A stretch of 64,000 bases of DNA. It comes from Eledone cirrhosa (lineage: Eukaryota). The notes beneath the pieces were generated by a model. It was not told the DNA's origin, did not search any database, and was given only the letters and a program-made list of their open reading frames with translations. Shown here in pieces: positions 22,495 through 35,520 of this stretch (within the stretch, counting starts at the first letter, position 1; each line of letters begins with the position of its first letter). Position numbers and translations under genes: made by a program. Where the stretch lies: contig OZ024740.1 of the NCBI GenBank assembly GCA_964016885.1, positions 356,810,001 through 356,874,000 on the forward strand, in the 5' to 3' direction.

Positions 22495-25400
22495 CTACAA
22501 AACTTCCTTATAGACTATATTTTGGGTTTTCTCGCGAGTTGCAAAAGCAAATAGATTATGTCAGCTCCCCACTCGAGCGCAGCCAACATATAGTTGAGCA
22601 TGGGAGAAGCACAGTTCGTCTACATTAAGCCCTACGACCGTCAGCGTCTGACCCTGTGATTTAGTTAATCGACATGGCGAAACTGAGCCGGAGAGGAAAT
22701 TGCAGCCTTCTGAATGTGAAAGGAATTTCTTTACCGGAAGGAATGAGAGGTATCCTTGGTATGAAGACAGTATCTTCCTTACCACATCCTGTAAGTATTG
22801 TTGTCTCAATAACATGAGGCATCGCCTTTTGGACGACCAGACGCGTGCCGTTGGAAAGCCTTCGGGGTTCCAAATTCCTGAGGAGCATGGCAGGTGCATC
22901 TTTCTTAAGTCGCAGTAAGTGTGGTGGCAATCCGGGAGGGTTTAGGGAATTAAGAAATTCTGTGGGGTAATTAACAACTTCGTCCGGATCAGCCATAGAG
23001 TCAAGGGACTTGTAGACGTGCATGTTTCCAGACAAGCACAGCATGAGCTGTTCATTGATGTTTCCAACTATGTTGTTTTTAGAAGCTAATATTGCGCGTT
23101 CACACAACCACTCTTGATTTGTGTAGTTCTCCTCAAGATTAGGAAAAACAGAATTCTGTAACTCAGCAATTGACTTAACGCATCTGCAAATCCCTGTGAG
23201 GTCCGCTGCACCATCTCCGTTGAGTGGGACTTTGCCATCTCCCAACGATAAAATGGCAGCAGCAAAACCCGCTGATTTCTCATCACCTTGCAGTTGTTCT
23301 CTCATGTTTGTTGTAAGCGTCAGCTTTCTTACATAACACCAAAGTGGGGAGGCCTTAAGGCATGCACCAGCCTCATCAGCCCACGTACCATTTGGGATTA
23401 CAGGCAGAGACTGTCGGAAGACCCCAGATAACAGGAAAGTGACACCTCCCATTGGTTCTTGACAGTCCCTGGTGTCTCTGAGTGACCGGTCTAATGCCTC
23501 GAAAACCGCCTTGTGGGCCATTGTGCATTCGTCCCAAACAATTAGTAGGCAGCGCTTTAAAACCAGTGCTTTTCCGGAAGACTTGCTGATGTTGCACGTG
23601 GGTGTCTCAGATGATGGCACGTTGAGAGGAAGACTGAAGGCAGAATGGGCCGTCATGCCACCAGGCAGCAAAGTTGTTGCAATGCCGGAAGAAGCCACGG
23701 CCAATGCGAGTAAAATTTTGATTACAAATGTTTTGGCCGTGCCTCCAGGTGTGTCCAGGAAGAATATACCCCCTTCCCGATTACGGATGGAATCAACGAC
23801 AATGTTGTAGGCTTGTTTTTGATCCATTAGAAGTTTTGGTTCATTTTCTTCAACATACTTTTTGAGTTCGTCGACATCATATGACGTTTCACGTATAATG
23901 TCGTTGGGAATGTCAGATGGCGCATCTGAAACTGTTTGCGGATGCCCATATTTCTCCAAGACATCTCCGCCCATTGAAGCCACTCTGTCTTCAATATCGA
24001 TCAGAGCTCTGTTATATATAGCGTCTGAAAAGCCTACATCTAAGTTTGTAGATTGCAATTGAGCGAGACGCCTACATTCGTCTGCGATCATCTTTAAACT
24101 TTTGCCATAAAGAGTAAGGATAGTTCAATTCACAGACGTGCAAGAGAATAGCAAAACGTGCTCTTAGACTAGGGGATGATTGTAGGATGGCAGCTTCCGT
24201 GAAGGTTGCATCCCATTGTGCGTCATCTTCTAAAAGTCCACGCCTCAAGCAGGCTTCCCTGTACGTTCCATCGACGGTTCTCAGATGAGTGAAGCTGGTC
24301 GGCCCTCTTACCTCATGAAGCAGAAATCGCAGGTAGAAGCATTCGTGTTGGGTAGGGTGGAGCGTATAAACTCGCCCAAGGCAATTGTCGAATTTGATGC
24401 CTGGATGTCCAACCACGTAATGTTGACAAAGTTTGAAAAAAGGGGTAAGTGTACTTTCCTTTGGTGAGATCGCTAGCTGAGCAGCTGTTGCATCGTTGAA
24501 ATACACCCATAGACCGTTTTCAAGGTGAACGGCAAGTTGTTTAATGACGGGGTGTCGTTGGTGCAGTGGGAAGCCAGCAATGCACAAAAAGGCTTTATTG
24601 CTGCTAATGTATCGGCCTGCTTGGTAGTCAGATACCTCGTCTCTACTGTTTTCATGACGAAGACCAACGACGGCAGCATCCGATCCCTTCTTTACGTACT
24701 TACAAACGTATTTAATTGATTTTACTGAGTTGCAAAATTCGACGTTTATATGGGCGTTGAACGCTTACAAGAGGAGGGGGCAATATGGCACTATCCAGCT
24801 GTTGTCGATTTCGCGTTCGCCAATTTTTGCTGCGAACCCACCGTCTTCAGGTCTCCTGCGCATATACAACGGATATCCGTCACCGCCAGTCTGTGTTTCC
24901 TGTAAAATCGGCCTGGGATATCCTTTTGTACACTTTCTGTCGTGTATGCACGGGGACTTTATATTGAGTCCATGTCCGCAAGGACCATAGACCATGTTTG
25001 ATGTGACTATAGAGAAGAGTTCCTTGTCAATCGACGGATCAGGTAGTTTGGCAGAAATGAATTTGTCGATGTAATTTGAACTGATTTTTGTAAGCAACCA
25101 AATCAAGATATGGGCATGCGGCAGCCCTCGTTTTTGCCATTCAACCGTGTACATGTCGCACCTGACAGGCCCAAAAACCTGTCCTTTCTTTAATAAATCC
25201 ATTATTTTGGATAATTTCAGGCGAAACACTCTTGCTATGAGATCGTGCTTGTGTCTTGGCACTTGACCGTGGAACAGTTCGTTTGTAATCTCCTTCCACT
25301 TGGATTGCATGTAAACGTTATGAAAAGGTCGGGGCGCCCATAATGTCGTATGTAAGTCATGGCGTCCTGAGTCCTCTCGTGCATGTATCGGGGTCCCCAT

Positions 25401-26870
25401 GTGAACGTTGAAGGCAAAATACACACTTGCCCTAAATTGTCTGGGGATACGTCGTTGTTAACTCCATCGCGTAGATGAATGTAGCATTCAGATCGAAGTT
25501 TCTTTTGATTTAATTTAATGAACCATAATCTCTCGGACTCCATTTTAACGACCATATCAACAGCAAATTGTTGGAAAAGGTCCCGAGAACGGTGTAGAGG
25601 GTTGAATGAATTGTCCCCTACCATAAATCGGAGAGCGTAGAAATCCATGCAGGTGACAGTTTTGCTACGATATGCCTCAGCATTGCCTGCCGAATGTTGA
25701 GGAATGTCGAAATGGTATCCGGCCTCGCTGTTGACAAATAGCAATGGATACTGGAGTGCAACGTAGGACCTGTGTGTCTCATTGATACGCTGTAATGTGC
25801 TGTTGCGGTGCTTTAGAATGATATCTCCCTTGTTGTGTTGTTCACCACAAATAACCGCAGCAATCTCATTACATGTTGCGTTGAATCGACCAGCGTGTTC
25901 TCCAGATGGCCTTCGGTCAGCATGTATGTGCACACTAAAGTTTGGGTCGGTGGCTGTTTCCAAAGCGTACTTGAAACTGCGAACATAGCTGTTTTTGTCA
26001 TGAAGCATTTCTTGAAGTTTTATTATGGTTTCGATGTTAGTTTCGGACGAAATAGAGTTTCGCATCTCTGCCTGCTCCTGATAGTTTCCAACGATGTATA
26101 ACTGAAGAAATTGAGGATCCTTTTTCTGCCAGAGGCTGAATATACCCAATCAAGTGGTAGATCTGCCCCTGGACCTTAAAAGTTGGCATGAACCAACGTT
26201 CCGAGGCAAGCTTTGCTCCGAAGGATGTCATCTGAAACGCCGAATTGTAGCGGCGGATATTACGCAGAAACTTCGATGATTCGTCCGTCGTGTCTGTCAA
26301 AAGGAGTTGCTATGTCTCTGGAGGGTCGTGAATAGGAGGTAGTCTAACTTTACCGTTTGAACAACACATTCCATCTCTCTCCCCTGGCCACCTTTTCGTA
26401 CGACAAAACTGGCAAGTAGAGGTCATTTTCCCAATTTGAATATCTGCATGGACGGCGTAGTCGGAGGAGGGGTCGTAGTTAATGGCCTTCAACAACCATC
26501 GTGAATTGCAAATCCTAGAAATACCACGTAACGATGATCGCCTCTGTTCATTATTCAGAAGTTGGCTACGTCGTTACTCTATGGTTTCAGTATTTCGTGC
26601 AGCAGCAGTGGCAGCAGCTCCCCTGCTTCGGGGAACGGCGCGTCGTCCTTCATCCTCTCGAGCACGAGCAACAGCAGTCGCGGCAGCATCTTTGTTCCGT
26701 CGAAGTTCACACCGACTGTCATCCTCCTCCGCTCTTGCAGCTGCCGTCTGCACAGAATTCTGAGAGAGCCTGATCGCAGTCGCATTTACATCTTCGGTGA
26801 GACGCCTTCGCTTAGACCTACTTGCATCATTAGATAATCGACCAATGAAAGTTCTTTTCTTGGGATGCAT
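22495..26870 (-). pseudogene. Helitron RepHel (Zn finger + HUH Rep + Pif1 helicase), frameshifted
   Basis: CQFC..W..E...CC.NGKV; YNSAFQMTSFG; RPDLFITFTCNP; VEWQKRGLPHAHIL; FFLDTPGGTAKT (Walker A decayed); WDECTM; RLQFPLRLSFAMSIN/KSQGQTL; NIVYKEVL*. Confidence 0.96.
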
Positions 26871-27779
26871 TGTTTTTAGAAAATTAACCAGGGAGAACGA
26901 TAAATAGTGGACAAATAACGTTTAAGTAAGCAAATCTAAACATGGATATAAATTGTGAAAAAATGTAATAAATCTATGTGGTCTGAGAAAGTGGGTATAT
27001 TTTGCAAGATTTGGTGTACCAGGTTTTAAGTTAGGGGCAACGCAGCGTACGGACTACCTATGATAAAGGAAATTAAATAGTGTGGCTACAGTGGTAGGTA
27101 TATAAGTGTCAGTATGTTTCTTCAATTCGAACATAGCAATAAGTAAGTACTAACCATTGAAAGGATACAGGCAAACATGGCCGAAAAATCACAGCTTGAT
27201 AAACTGGAACCTTGTGACCATAAACACGTTAACTAAATCTCCTTTAAGGTGACAAATGTTGAAGAAGCATGCGTTTCAGAAACATGGGGTAGCTTATGAG
27301 AGTACGCATGTAAAAAGAACGTACCACTTGTCAAAAGCCAAAAAAGAAGTGTGATCCTAGGTCGGACTTGACCGATATAAATAGGAGTGATTTCGCTCAA
27401 TGAACAACACTCGAGTTATCTGATTAGTTAGATAATACAAATAAGTGTGATGAAATCTACTGAACACAACTCACTGATGTGTGGTTGGCCAGAGGTCACC
27501 ATTTCGCACTTAATTGAGGTGCAATTAAACGGGGGAGACAACCGGGTGCAAAAACTAATCAATCATTCGCACAGTTTAGGCATGAGTGTGAAATAACACA
27601 ATCCACATACAGTAGGCGTTAAAATTTACACCTGGGTTAAATCGCGCTTTCTTGGTTAGGAGTGTGAAATGACGCCAAAATTCAAGGAAAAAAGTTAACT
27701 CCTCGTTCCACACTTAATTATGGTGCAATTACACGGGGGAGACAACCGGGTGCAAAATTAAATTCAATCCTCCTAAAGT

Positions 27780-28800
27780 TAACTAAACAAGGGTATTTAA
27801 AAATTCACTACTCCATTTGTAAGACATGAGTAACCGATGCGTCAACTTTTGTTTAAATTGACTTTTATTTCCAGAAGTTGAAATGCTTTGCTGCGACCAT
27901 AATATGAACTTTAAAAGTGGTCCAAAGGGGCTCACTGTCCCCGTAGGGGGTTTCTTTGCAACATTCAAGTGATAACGAATGTGTGGTGCTTTATCTTATG
28001 GAAGGCAATAACCATTTCGTTTGGTTTTTGTAAGAATCAAGTATAAACTCCCGAGGTTATGGTGCTTTTTTATTGTGGCAGTTTGAACTTTTATAGGTTA
28101 ATGAATTGGGCTCATTGTCCCTGAGGGGGTCCTCTTGCTAAATTGAAATGAAAGTAAATGTGCCTCACTGTATCTTCATCTGTAGTACATGAATAACAAC
28201 TAAATCGAAATTCATTTTATTGGACTACCAATTATCGAAGCTATGACGCTTTGCTGCATTACAATAGACAAATTCAATAAATGACTCGCCGAGTATAGAC
28301 AGTGTCTTCAACATCATCTTTAGGCAATGGGTAACCAATGTGTCCAGTAAAGTTAAAATCGAACGTAAACTTCAAAGGTTATCAGGTACTAATACAGTGT
28401 TAATGTGAACTTGAATAGATAAGTCGAAGGGGCTTACTGCCCCCGGGGTCCCCTTGATAAGTTCAAGTAAAAGTTCATGTGTTCACCATCCCTTATAAGC
28501 CATGGGTAACCAATACATCTCGCTTCGTGAAAACCAAACACCAACTCAAGCAGTTATGACGCTTTGTTGCATTGATGATATCAACATTCATCAAGTCAGT
28601 TTACTGCCCCCCAAGGGGTCCCCTGCCTGGATTTCTGCGCAAGTGCATGCCTGCAAATTTATTTGTAGGCCATAAGCAAACAAAGGATTAATTTGGTGAA
28701 GAAGGGAGGCAAACTGCAGGAATTATGGGGCCTTTATGCAGTAGTACTGTTGACTTCAAGCGAGAGGCTTAAGCGGGGTATCTGCCCCTGGGAGGCCCCA
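27780..28800. repeat. Diverged ~170-180-bp tandem units in the Helitron 5' region
   Basis: Recurring ggggct(c/t)actg(t/c)ccc..ggggg motif at ~27925, 28107, 28428, 28600, 28780. Confidence 0.6.
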
Positions 28801-28951
28801 CAATCGATGTACGGAAAATTGCCTCCGACGCGTAATAGAACTTCAGAAACCTATGTATGAAATTTTGTGCAAATCGGTTGTAAAGTGTAGAAATGCATAC
28901 GGTTACACAGACAGACAGACAGACAGACATCTTCTGTTTTATATATATAGA

Positions 28952-29896
28952 CTAGCAGAAAACCACCCGGTGGGCGGTTTTCTGCTAGCAAATCTAGTGT
29001 ATATACTGATATTGTTGAGATTTGGATGAGAAATGTTTTCGGCACCACATGTTCACCGTCTCTCGGTGTGTCTTTTATGCATGTATAAATATATATGTTA
29101 TCTATACGGTGAAATCTTTGAAATAAATATATGTAAAAACGAAAAAGGAGAAAATAAATAACTGGCGGTTAGAAAAAAATATTCCTATGAAATTTTAATC
29201 ATACCATTAGGTGTGAATAAGGAAATATTTTTTTATTGTCAAAACAAATGTTCAAAAGTTAAACTTCAATTTTTTGAATTATTTCCAATTTTTTCATGAA
29301 ATTGAACACTGGACATTGGCTGCTGGAAATGGAAATTAAATCGTATTTAATTGTATTTAAATTTCTAACCTTATTTTATTATTTATATTTTTTCAATAAG
29401 AAATAAAAAAAAAAAAACAACAAAAAAAATTGAAGAAAAAAATTGAACAAATCAAACGTAGGTCATGGAACTGCGCAATCTGATTAATAAATTACATCAT
29501 CAGCAGCAACCTTCTACAAATGGTCCTTATTATCAGCAGCAACAACCACAAATTCAATGGCAACCTTCTTCAAACCACAAATTCAATGGCAACCTTCTTC
29601 GCATGGTGTCAAGTCAGAACCGCCTCGAACTGGTTACTTCTGGCTTGTGCAAGGTGTCTCTATAGCAACCAGCGATTCCCTCGGCCTCAGTGACCAAAGT
29701 CAGTGGAGAGGGGAAGGTAATGTTTCTATAGCACGTGTTTTAGAGTCTATTCACTCTCTCTCTCTCTCCCTCTTTCCCTCCCGCTATCCCCCTCTCGTAG
29801 TCTGTCTCTTTCTTTCACTCTCAGTCTCTCTCTACGCACGTGTTTCCACTGTCGGACAGACAGACAGAGAAATTGCTGGTTATATATATAAGTAGA
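28952..29896 (-). mobile_element. Non-autonomous Helitron abutting the 5' end of the large Helitron
   Basis: A|TCTACTTATATATATAACC at 29896; ends ...TTTTCTGCTAG at 28952, directly joined to TC of the next Helitron. Confidence 0.72.
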
Positions 29897-30024
29897 TGGC
29901 ATAAGAAACATTTTATAGCGTTGAATTAGATATGGAATATATATGTGATTAAATTAATGCGTAAGTTGTGTTTTTATCTCTTCAAAACCTACTACCAGAA
30001 TAACCTTTATATATATATACCCAT

Positions 30025-30089
<65 letters not shown>

Positions 30090-30149
30090 AACACACACAC
30101 ACACATATATATATACATACATATATATATATATACACACACACACATA

Positions 30150-30201
<52 letters not shown>

Positions 30202-30204
30202 TAT

Positions 30205-30282
<78 letters not shown>

Positions 30283-30406
30283 AGATAGATATATAGAAAG
30301 ATAGATAGATAGATAGATATTAACTACATGCATACAGATATGGATACATGGATGTCTGTACACGAACATACACACACAAATGCATATATATATATACACA
30401 TATATA

Positions 30407-30454
<48 letters not shown>

Positions 30455-30559
30455 CATATATATATATATACACACACATATATATGTGTATATATATATA
30501 TACACATATGTGTGTGTATATATATATATACTTACATATATGTGTGTAAATATATATGC

Positions 30560-30603
<44 letters not shown>

Positions 30604-30687
30604 CATACATGCATATATATATATACACACACATATATATATATGTCTATATATATATAAAGACATATATATATATATATATATATA

Positions 30688-30880
30688 ACGAAGGAAATGT
30701 GGTAAGGAACCAGGTGGACCATAACGCACCAAAGTACTCAATACTTGAGGTAGTAGAGTGGGTAATAGGAACCAGTAAGACCCCGACAGCTGAGCTCAAG
30801 CCGTTTCGACGGCTAATTCTGGACTGAATTAGCCGTCGAAACGGCTTGAGCTCAGCTGTTGGGGTCTTACTGGTTCCTAT
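30688..30880 (-). mobile_element. Minimal PLE fold-back of family C (hairpin + tail) in (TA)n
   Basis: Near-perfect 54-bp-arm palindrome 30766-30880 matching the 3' end at 33928-33990; tail 30688-30764. Confidence 0.8.
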
Positions 30881-32587
30881 ATATATATATATATATATGC
30901 CTGTGTGTGTATGTTCGTTTACACACATCCATGTGTCCATATATGTATGCATGTAGTTAATATCTATGCATAACACAACGTGTGTTTGAAAAGCTAGGAT
31001 AACTTGAAGTGAGTGAAAATGTTATTAAATGTGATAACATTCTGCTATTCTCTTTATGCACAGAAAATCGTGTAGCTATTTTACGTGCAGCTTATGTGAC
31101 AAGATGTTTTATTTTTCCATTCAGAAAGGAAGCTAGATTCATATGTTCTTTATATCAACCACAAACAAATGCCTAGTATGATTATGCATAATGTGTATTT
31201 ATTGCCTGGTGGGATACGAAGTTCGCCTTGCAATCATGAGCCCATGCATTTGATTTCAATCCTAGTGCTGCAGTTGGACAAAAGCCATTACTACAGCACT
31301 AGGTTCACCTAAGCTTATAATGTGAAATTGAATGAACAGAAACCGCGTTAAAGCGATTTTACCTGCAATTCAAAGATTTAAACTAGTCATATAGTGTGCC
31401 ATGCTGTTTCAGCTTGGTAATTACGTTGTGTGCGCGTGTCTATCGGACATTGAACAAATTAAATGTTAATTCACACATTTAACTTTCAGTTAATGAAATA
31501 AATGACTGTTTATCATCGAAACCGACGGAGGATCCATCAATTGAATTGATATCAAATATTATACCACTGCTACCGAATACACATTATGCAAATTTTAATT
31601 TGTCATTGCAGTTAACACCTTGTTTATGATTGGTATATATATAGCGTTTGTCTATAGCTCTCATTGTAGGGACCGGTCTTCTGATGAAAGATCAATTAGC
31701 TATGACATGTGCGAGCAATTTTGTCTTGTTTATCTCTTTTTCTATTTGTTGCTTTTGTTTTCTTGTTTGTTTTTACAAAAAGAATAGCGGTATACAGTTT
31801 ACCCTTTTTTCAATTTTTCCAGTATTCTTACATTCATCTTTTACGAGATTTTTATTTACTACTTGATCTAAACTAGAGTGACCGTTTCAATTAAGGTTGA
31901 GTTTGTCTTCGTTAAAGTTCTCTTTGACTATATCATTCTTTTCACTTTTTGTACACACTGTGAAGGACACTTGTCTTTTAATGAGCGACCTGTTAGCAGT
32001 AAAACAACAATCATTTTCTGCGTAGAAAAGGAATAACGGTATGTTTTTTACATTTCATTAAATAAATCTCACATACATGTTTGTGTATGCGTCTTATATT
32101 CATACACATACATATATACACAGAAACACATTAAGGTCAAACATTTTTTAACATATTTGCCTTAAAGTAGTAAATATAAAGGGATGCATAATTTGGTTCA
32201 CATTGAGGTTGTAGAAATTTGACTTATTTTCGTTGAAATAGTAAATTAAGGAAGATTCCTGCTGTTGATATTTGGCCGATATTTTCCCTGCCTGGGAAAT
32301 TTGGCATTTTTGTTTTTGAAGTTATAAATTTAAAAGGATTTCACCTGCTGATTTGGGCCGATATTTGACCCAAATGCCAGTGAAATTAGGGTTACGGGTG
32401 AAGGGATGGCTAAGGTCACTCTTTTTTTCTTTCGTGTTTCTTTCTGTCTTTGTTTATTTTCCTTCTTTGCGTTAGCCAAAATAATAGACGCCACCTTAAG
32501 AGTTGAACACTAATCTGGTAGGTCTTAGTTTTGTTAAATAGGTTTGCAATTTCTGTTTGCTTATTTGATCTTATTTGTACTTGTATG

Positions 32588-32648
<61 letters not shown>

Positions 32649-33880
32649 CGAGTATGCTTTATTATGTAATGGGGTCGTAGTTGCTGCATGCTGCAGATAA
32701 TACTAGCTTTATTAACTTTATTATATACGAACTACGTAGTATGACAGCTGCAGCTTGATATGGTCTGCCTTCCTCATTTGGTGGTTGCCGGGGTACGGTT
32801 CGGTTTACCAAGTTTGACAATGTGGGTGGTCGTTTGCTGGTTTAACGAATCTGGAGAGTGGGTCGCAGATTGGTGTAGCAGGAGTCAGGAGTGCAAGTTG
32901 GCCTTCGTTCTAGGGTGTTTGCTAAGTGTTTTGTTATTTGCTGAAATGTATTCATGATTTCTGAAGGATATATATGAGGGAAATATATATCCGCTTTTTA
33001 TAGCAGTTGTGTTAAACCTCGGATACTTGCCCCCTTATCCGACCGCTCCCCCTTTTTTCCGTGCCTTCTATATTTCTTAGTGGCACCTCTGCCTTAATTT
33101 CTCGTTTCAGTATTTCTTTCTTCTCTTTTCTTTTGGGCGGGGTGGATTCTGAGTTCATTTTTCCGTATTCTACTTTTACCTCGTACGAACTTCCATGTAG
33201 CTTGTATAAGAACTTTTGTAGCGTGGCGGTACCATTAGAGTTAGCATTAGTATTTTTTTTTTTTTTTTCGGGACTCAGATTTATTATCTCTTACTAGTTT
33301 ACTTTTCTGCACTGGGTGGTTGCTGGCCTTGTGCCCGGGGTAGAAACCTTTATTAATTATTTCGTGGTAGTTTCTTTAGTATTTTGGCCCCCATTGTTGA
33401 CCCGTCACCGTATGATATACGTACTTATACCTCTTAAAAGGGTCCTTTCCTATTCCGTCCCACCTAGTTTATTTACTTATTTCTTTATTTCTTTATTTCT
33501 TTATTTATTTATTTATTTATTTATCTAGCCTAGCTATAGCTAGAGACTTAGGTCATACAAATTGCTTATATTTTTTTCTTTATATTTATTCGCTTTTTAT
33601 CACTCTCAGTATTTTTTTTTTTCATATATTTATATTTTTACCCTTCATTGTTCTACTTACCGTTTCAACTTCCTCCCCCTCCCCCTCCCTAGTATCTTCT
33701 TTGACCTCATGCCCAGCTGTAGCCGGTACTACCAACGCATGATTGGGTCTACTCCACCCCCTTCCCTTTTCTCCTACTGGCAGGTTTAGCCTCCCTCTCC
33801 CCCACTAATTTGCCATCACAGAATTACTACTAACTTGTGACCAATCCTTGTGACAATCACTTTGACCATATATGGAATTA

Positions 33881-33972
33881 CCCCTTGAGAAGCTCGGCTA
33901 TTTATATACCAGGATAAATTTTCATTTAGTCCAGAATTAGCCGTCGAAACGGCTTGAGCTCAGCCGTCGGGG
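33881..33972 (+). ncRNA. Type I hammerhead ribozyme, U3-A8 core variant, at the 3' end of PLE family C
   Basis: Stem I CCCC/GGGG, core TTGAGAA, stem II CGGCTA/TAGCCG, GAAA, stem III ACGGCT/AGCCGT, GUC triplet 33966-33968. Confidence 0.78.
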
Positions 33973-33988
33973 TCTTACTCGTTCCTAT

Positions 33989-34110
<122 letters not shown>

Positions 34111-34271
34111 GCTGACGTTCATGTTTATTAATATTCAATTAAAATTCGCACTTTTCTAAACTCTTAATTTTAAATGCAATATTTAATTATAGTGATTTAA
34201 TTATTACAAATATCTACCCGCAAATAAATAATTATACGATAATTGAGTATATAATGCTTAATAGTAAGCAT

Positions 34272-34458
34272 TGGATTGGCGGTATAAGTAGAGAGCCGGA
34301 CACCATGCTTTGAAGCATAGAGTTACGTCCCTTTATGATCTGAGTTCAAATCCCGCCGAGGTTAACTTTGCCTTTCATCCTTACGGGGTCGATAAAATAA
34401 AGTACCAGTAATACACTGAGTAATTTGCTGGCCTTATGCCAAAAATAGAAACAATTAT
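34272..34458 (+). mobile_element. SINE family 1
   Basis: Family consensus. Confidence 0.92.
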
Positions 34459-34611
34459 ATATTAATATCAGAATATATGTTTACAAGATAGAATGTAGAC
34501 TTCGGTATATCAGTAAACAAAACTGACATATATAGAGGGAATGAGTTACACTTATTAAATGAAGAAACAATAATTATCGTTAATAATTTCATGATGTTAT
34601 TATACAACATT

Positions 34612-34940
34612 CCAGCATAGTTACGTCCCTTTACGATCTGAGTTCAAATCTCGCCGAGGTTGACTTTGCCTTTCATCCTTACGGGGTCGATAAAATAAAG
34701 TACCAGTAATGCACTCTGGGTAATTGCTGGCCTTGTGCCTAAAGTAGAAACAGTTATTATACAACATCGGTAGAGGGTCTGACGCCATGCTTTGCAACAA
34801 AGAGTTACGGCCCTTTATGGTCTGAGTTCAAATCCCGCTGAGGTTAACTTTGCCTTTCATCCTTCTGGGGTCGATAAAATAACGCACCAGTAATACACTG
34901 CGATAATTGCTGGCCTTGTGCCAAAATTAGAAACAATTAT
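34612..34940 (+). mobile_element. Two tandem SINE family 1 copies (both 5'-truncated)
   Basis: 34612-34758 and 34767-34940; the flanking ttattatacaac motif recurs at the junctions. Confidence 0.9.
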
Positions 34941-35434
34941 TGTACAACTGCCTTTAATACTAGCGGAACTTGACAAAATAATGATGCCGTTGATAATTAG
35001 ATTACGGATCAATAGGTAAAAATGCAGCGCGCTATAACAACTTTCTTGTGATATAAACTAATAACTGCAAAGAGAATGTGGTTGTGCCAACGAGGATACA
35101 TGTATATCCACACGCGATTGGTTACAAATGGCAATCAAATTTGATTGAATTAAGGTAAACCACATACAATAGTGTAGTCCTAGATACACTCTGCTTTTCT
35201 AAAAGTTGGGATTTTCATGACTGCACCTTATTTCTGCTAGATCGTGGTGGTCTGGACCTAAACAACTCGTTTGTGAATTTTATATTGAATGTAGGTATAC
35301 AGATAATTTAGTTTATTTCAAATTATGAAATATATATTAGCAATATAAACAGATCATATCTTTCATGATAAGTGCTAATTACGATAATAATATTTTTAAA
35401 TGCATATATTAATGTATGTATGTGTATTTGTGAA

Positions 35435-35520
35435 GGCGTGTGGCTGAGTGGTTAGAGGATTGGATTCGGACCGGGTGATGCATTATGGCCTTGAGCAAGA
35501 CACTTTATTTCACGTTGCTC
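35435..35520 (+). mobile_element. SINE family 2 fragment
   Basis: ggcgtgtggctgagtggttag head + ccttgagcaagacactttatttcacgttgctcc. Confidence 0.6.

Larger units (their letters stand above)
21631..28951 (-). mobile_element. Full-length Helitron (autonomous type, decayed)
   Basis: 5' TCTATATATATAAAAC at 28951; 3' hairpin CCGTGCAACGCCGGG + CTAG|T at 21631; RepHel ORF inside. Confidence 0.95.

Noticed and set aside
31680-31720. Hammerhead at CTGATGAAAGA (also weak candidates at ~5620-5655, ~32740-32780 and ~43845-43877)
   Set aside because: Missing GAAA, stem II or an intact core; could be decayed motifs but not supportable.
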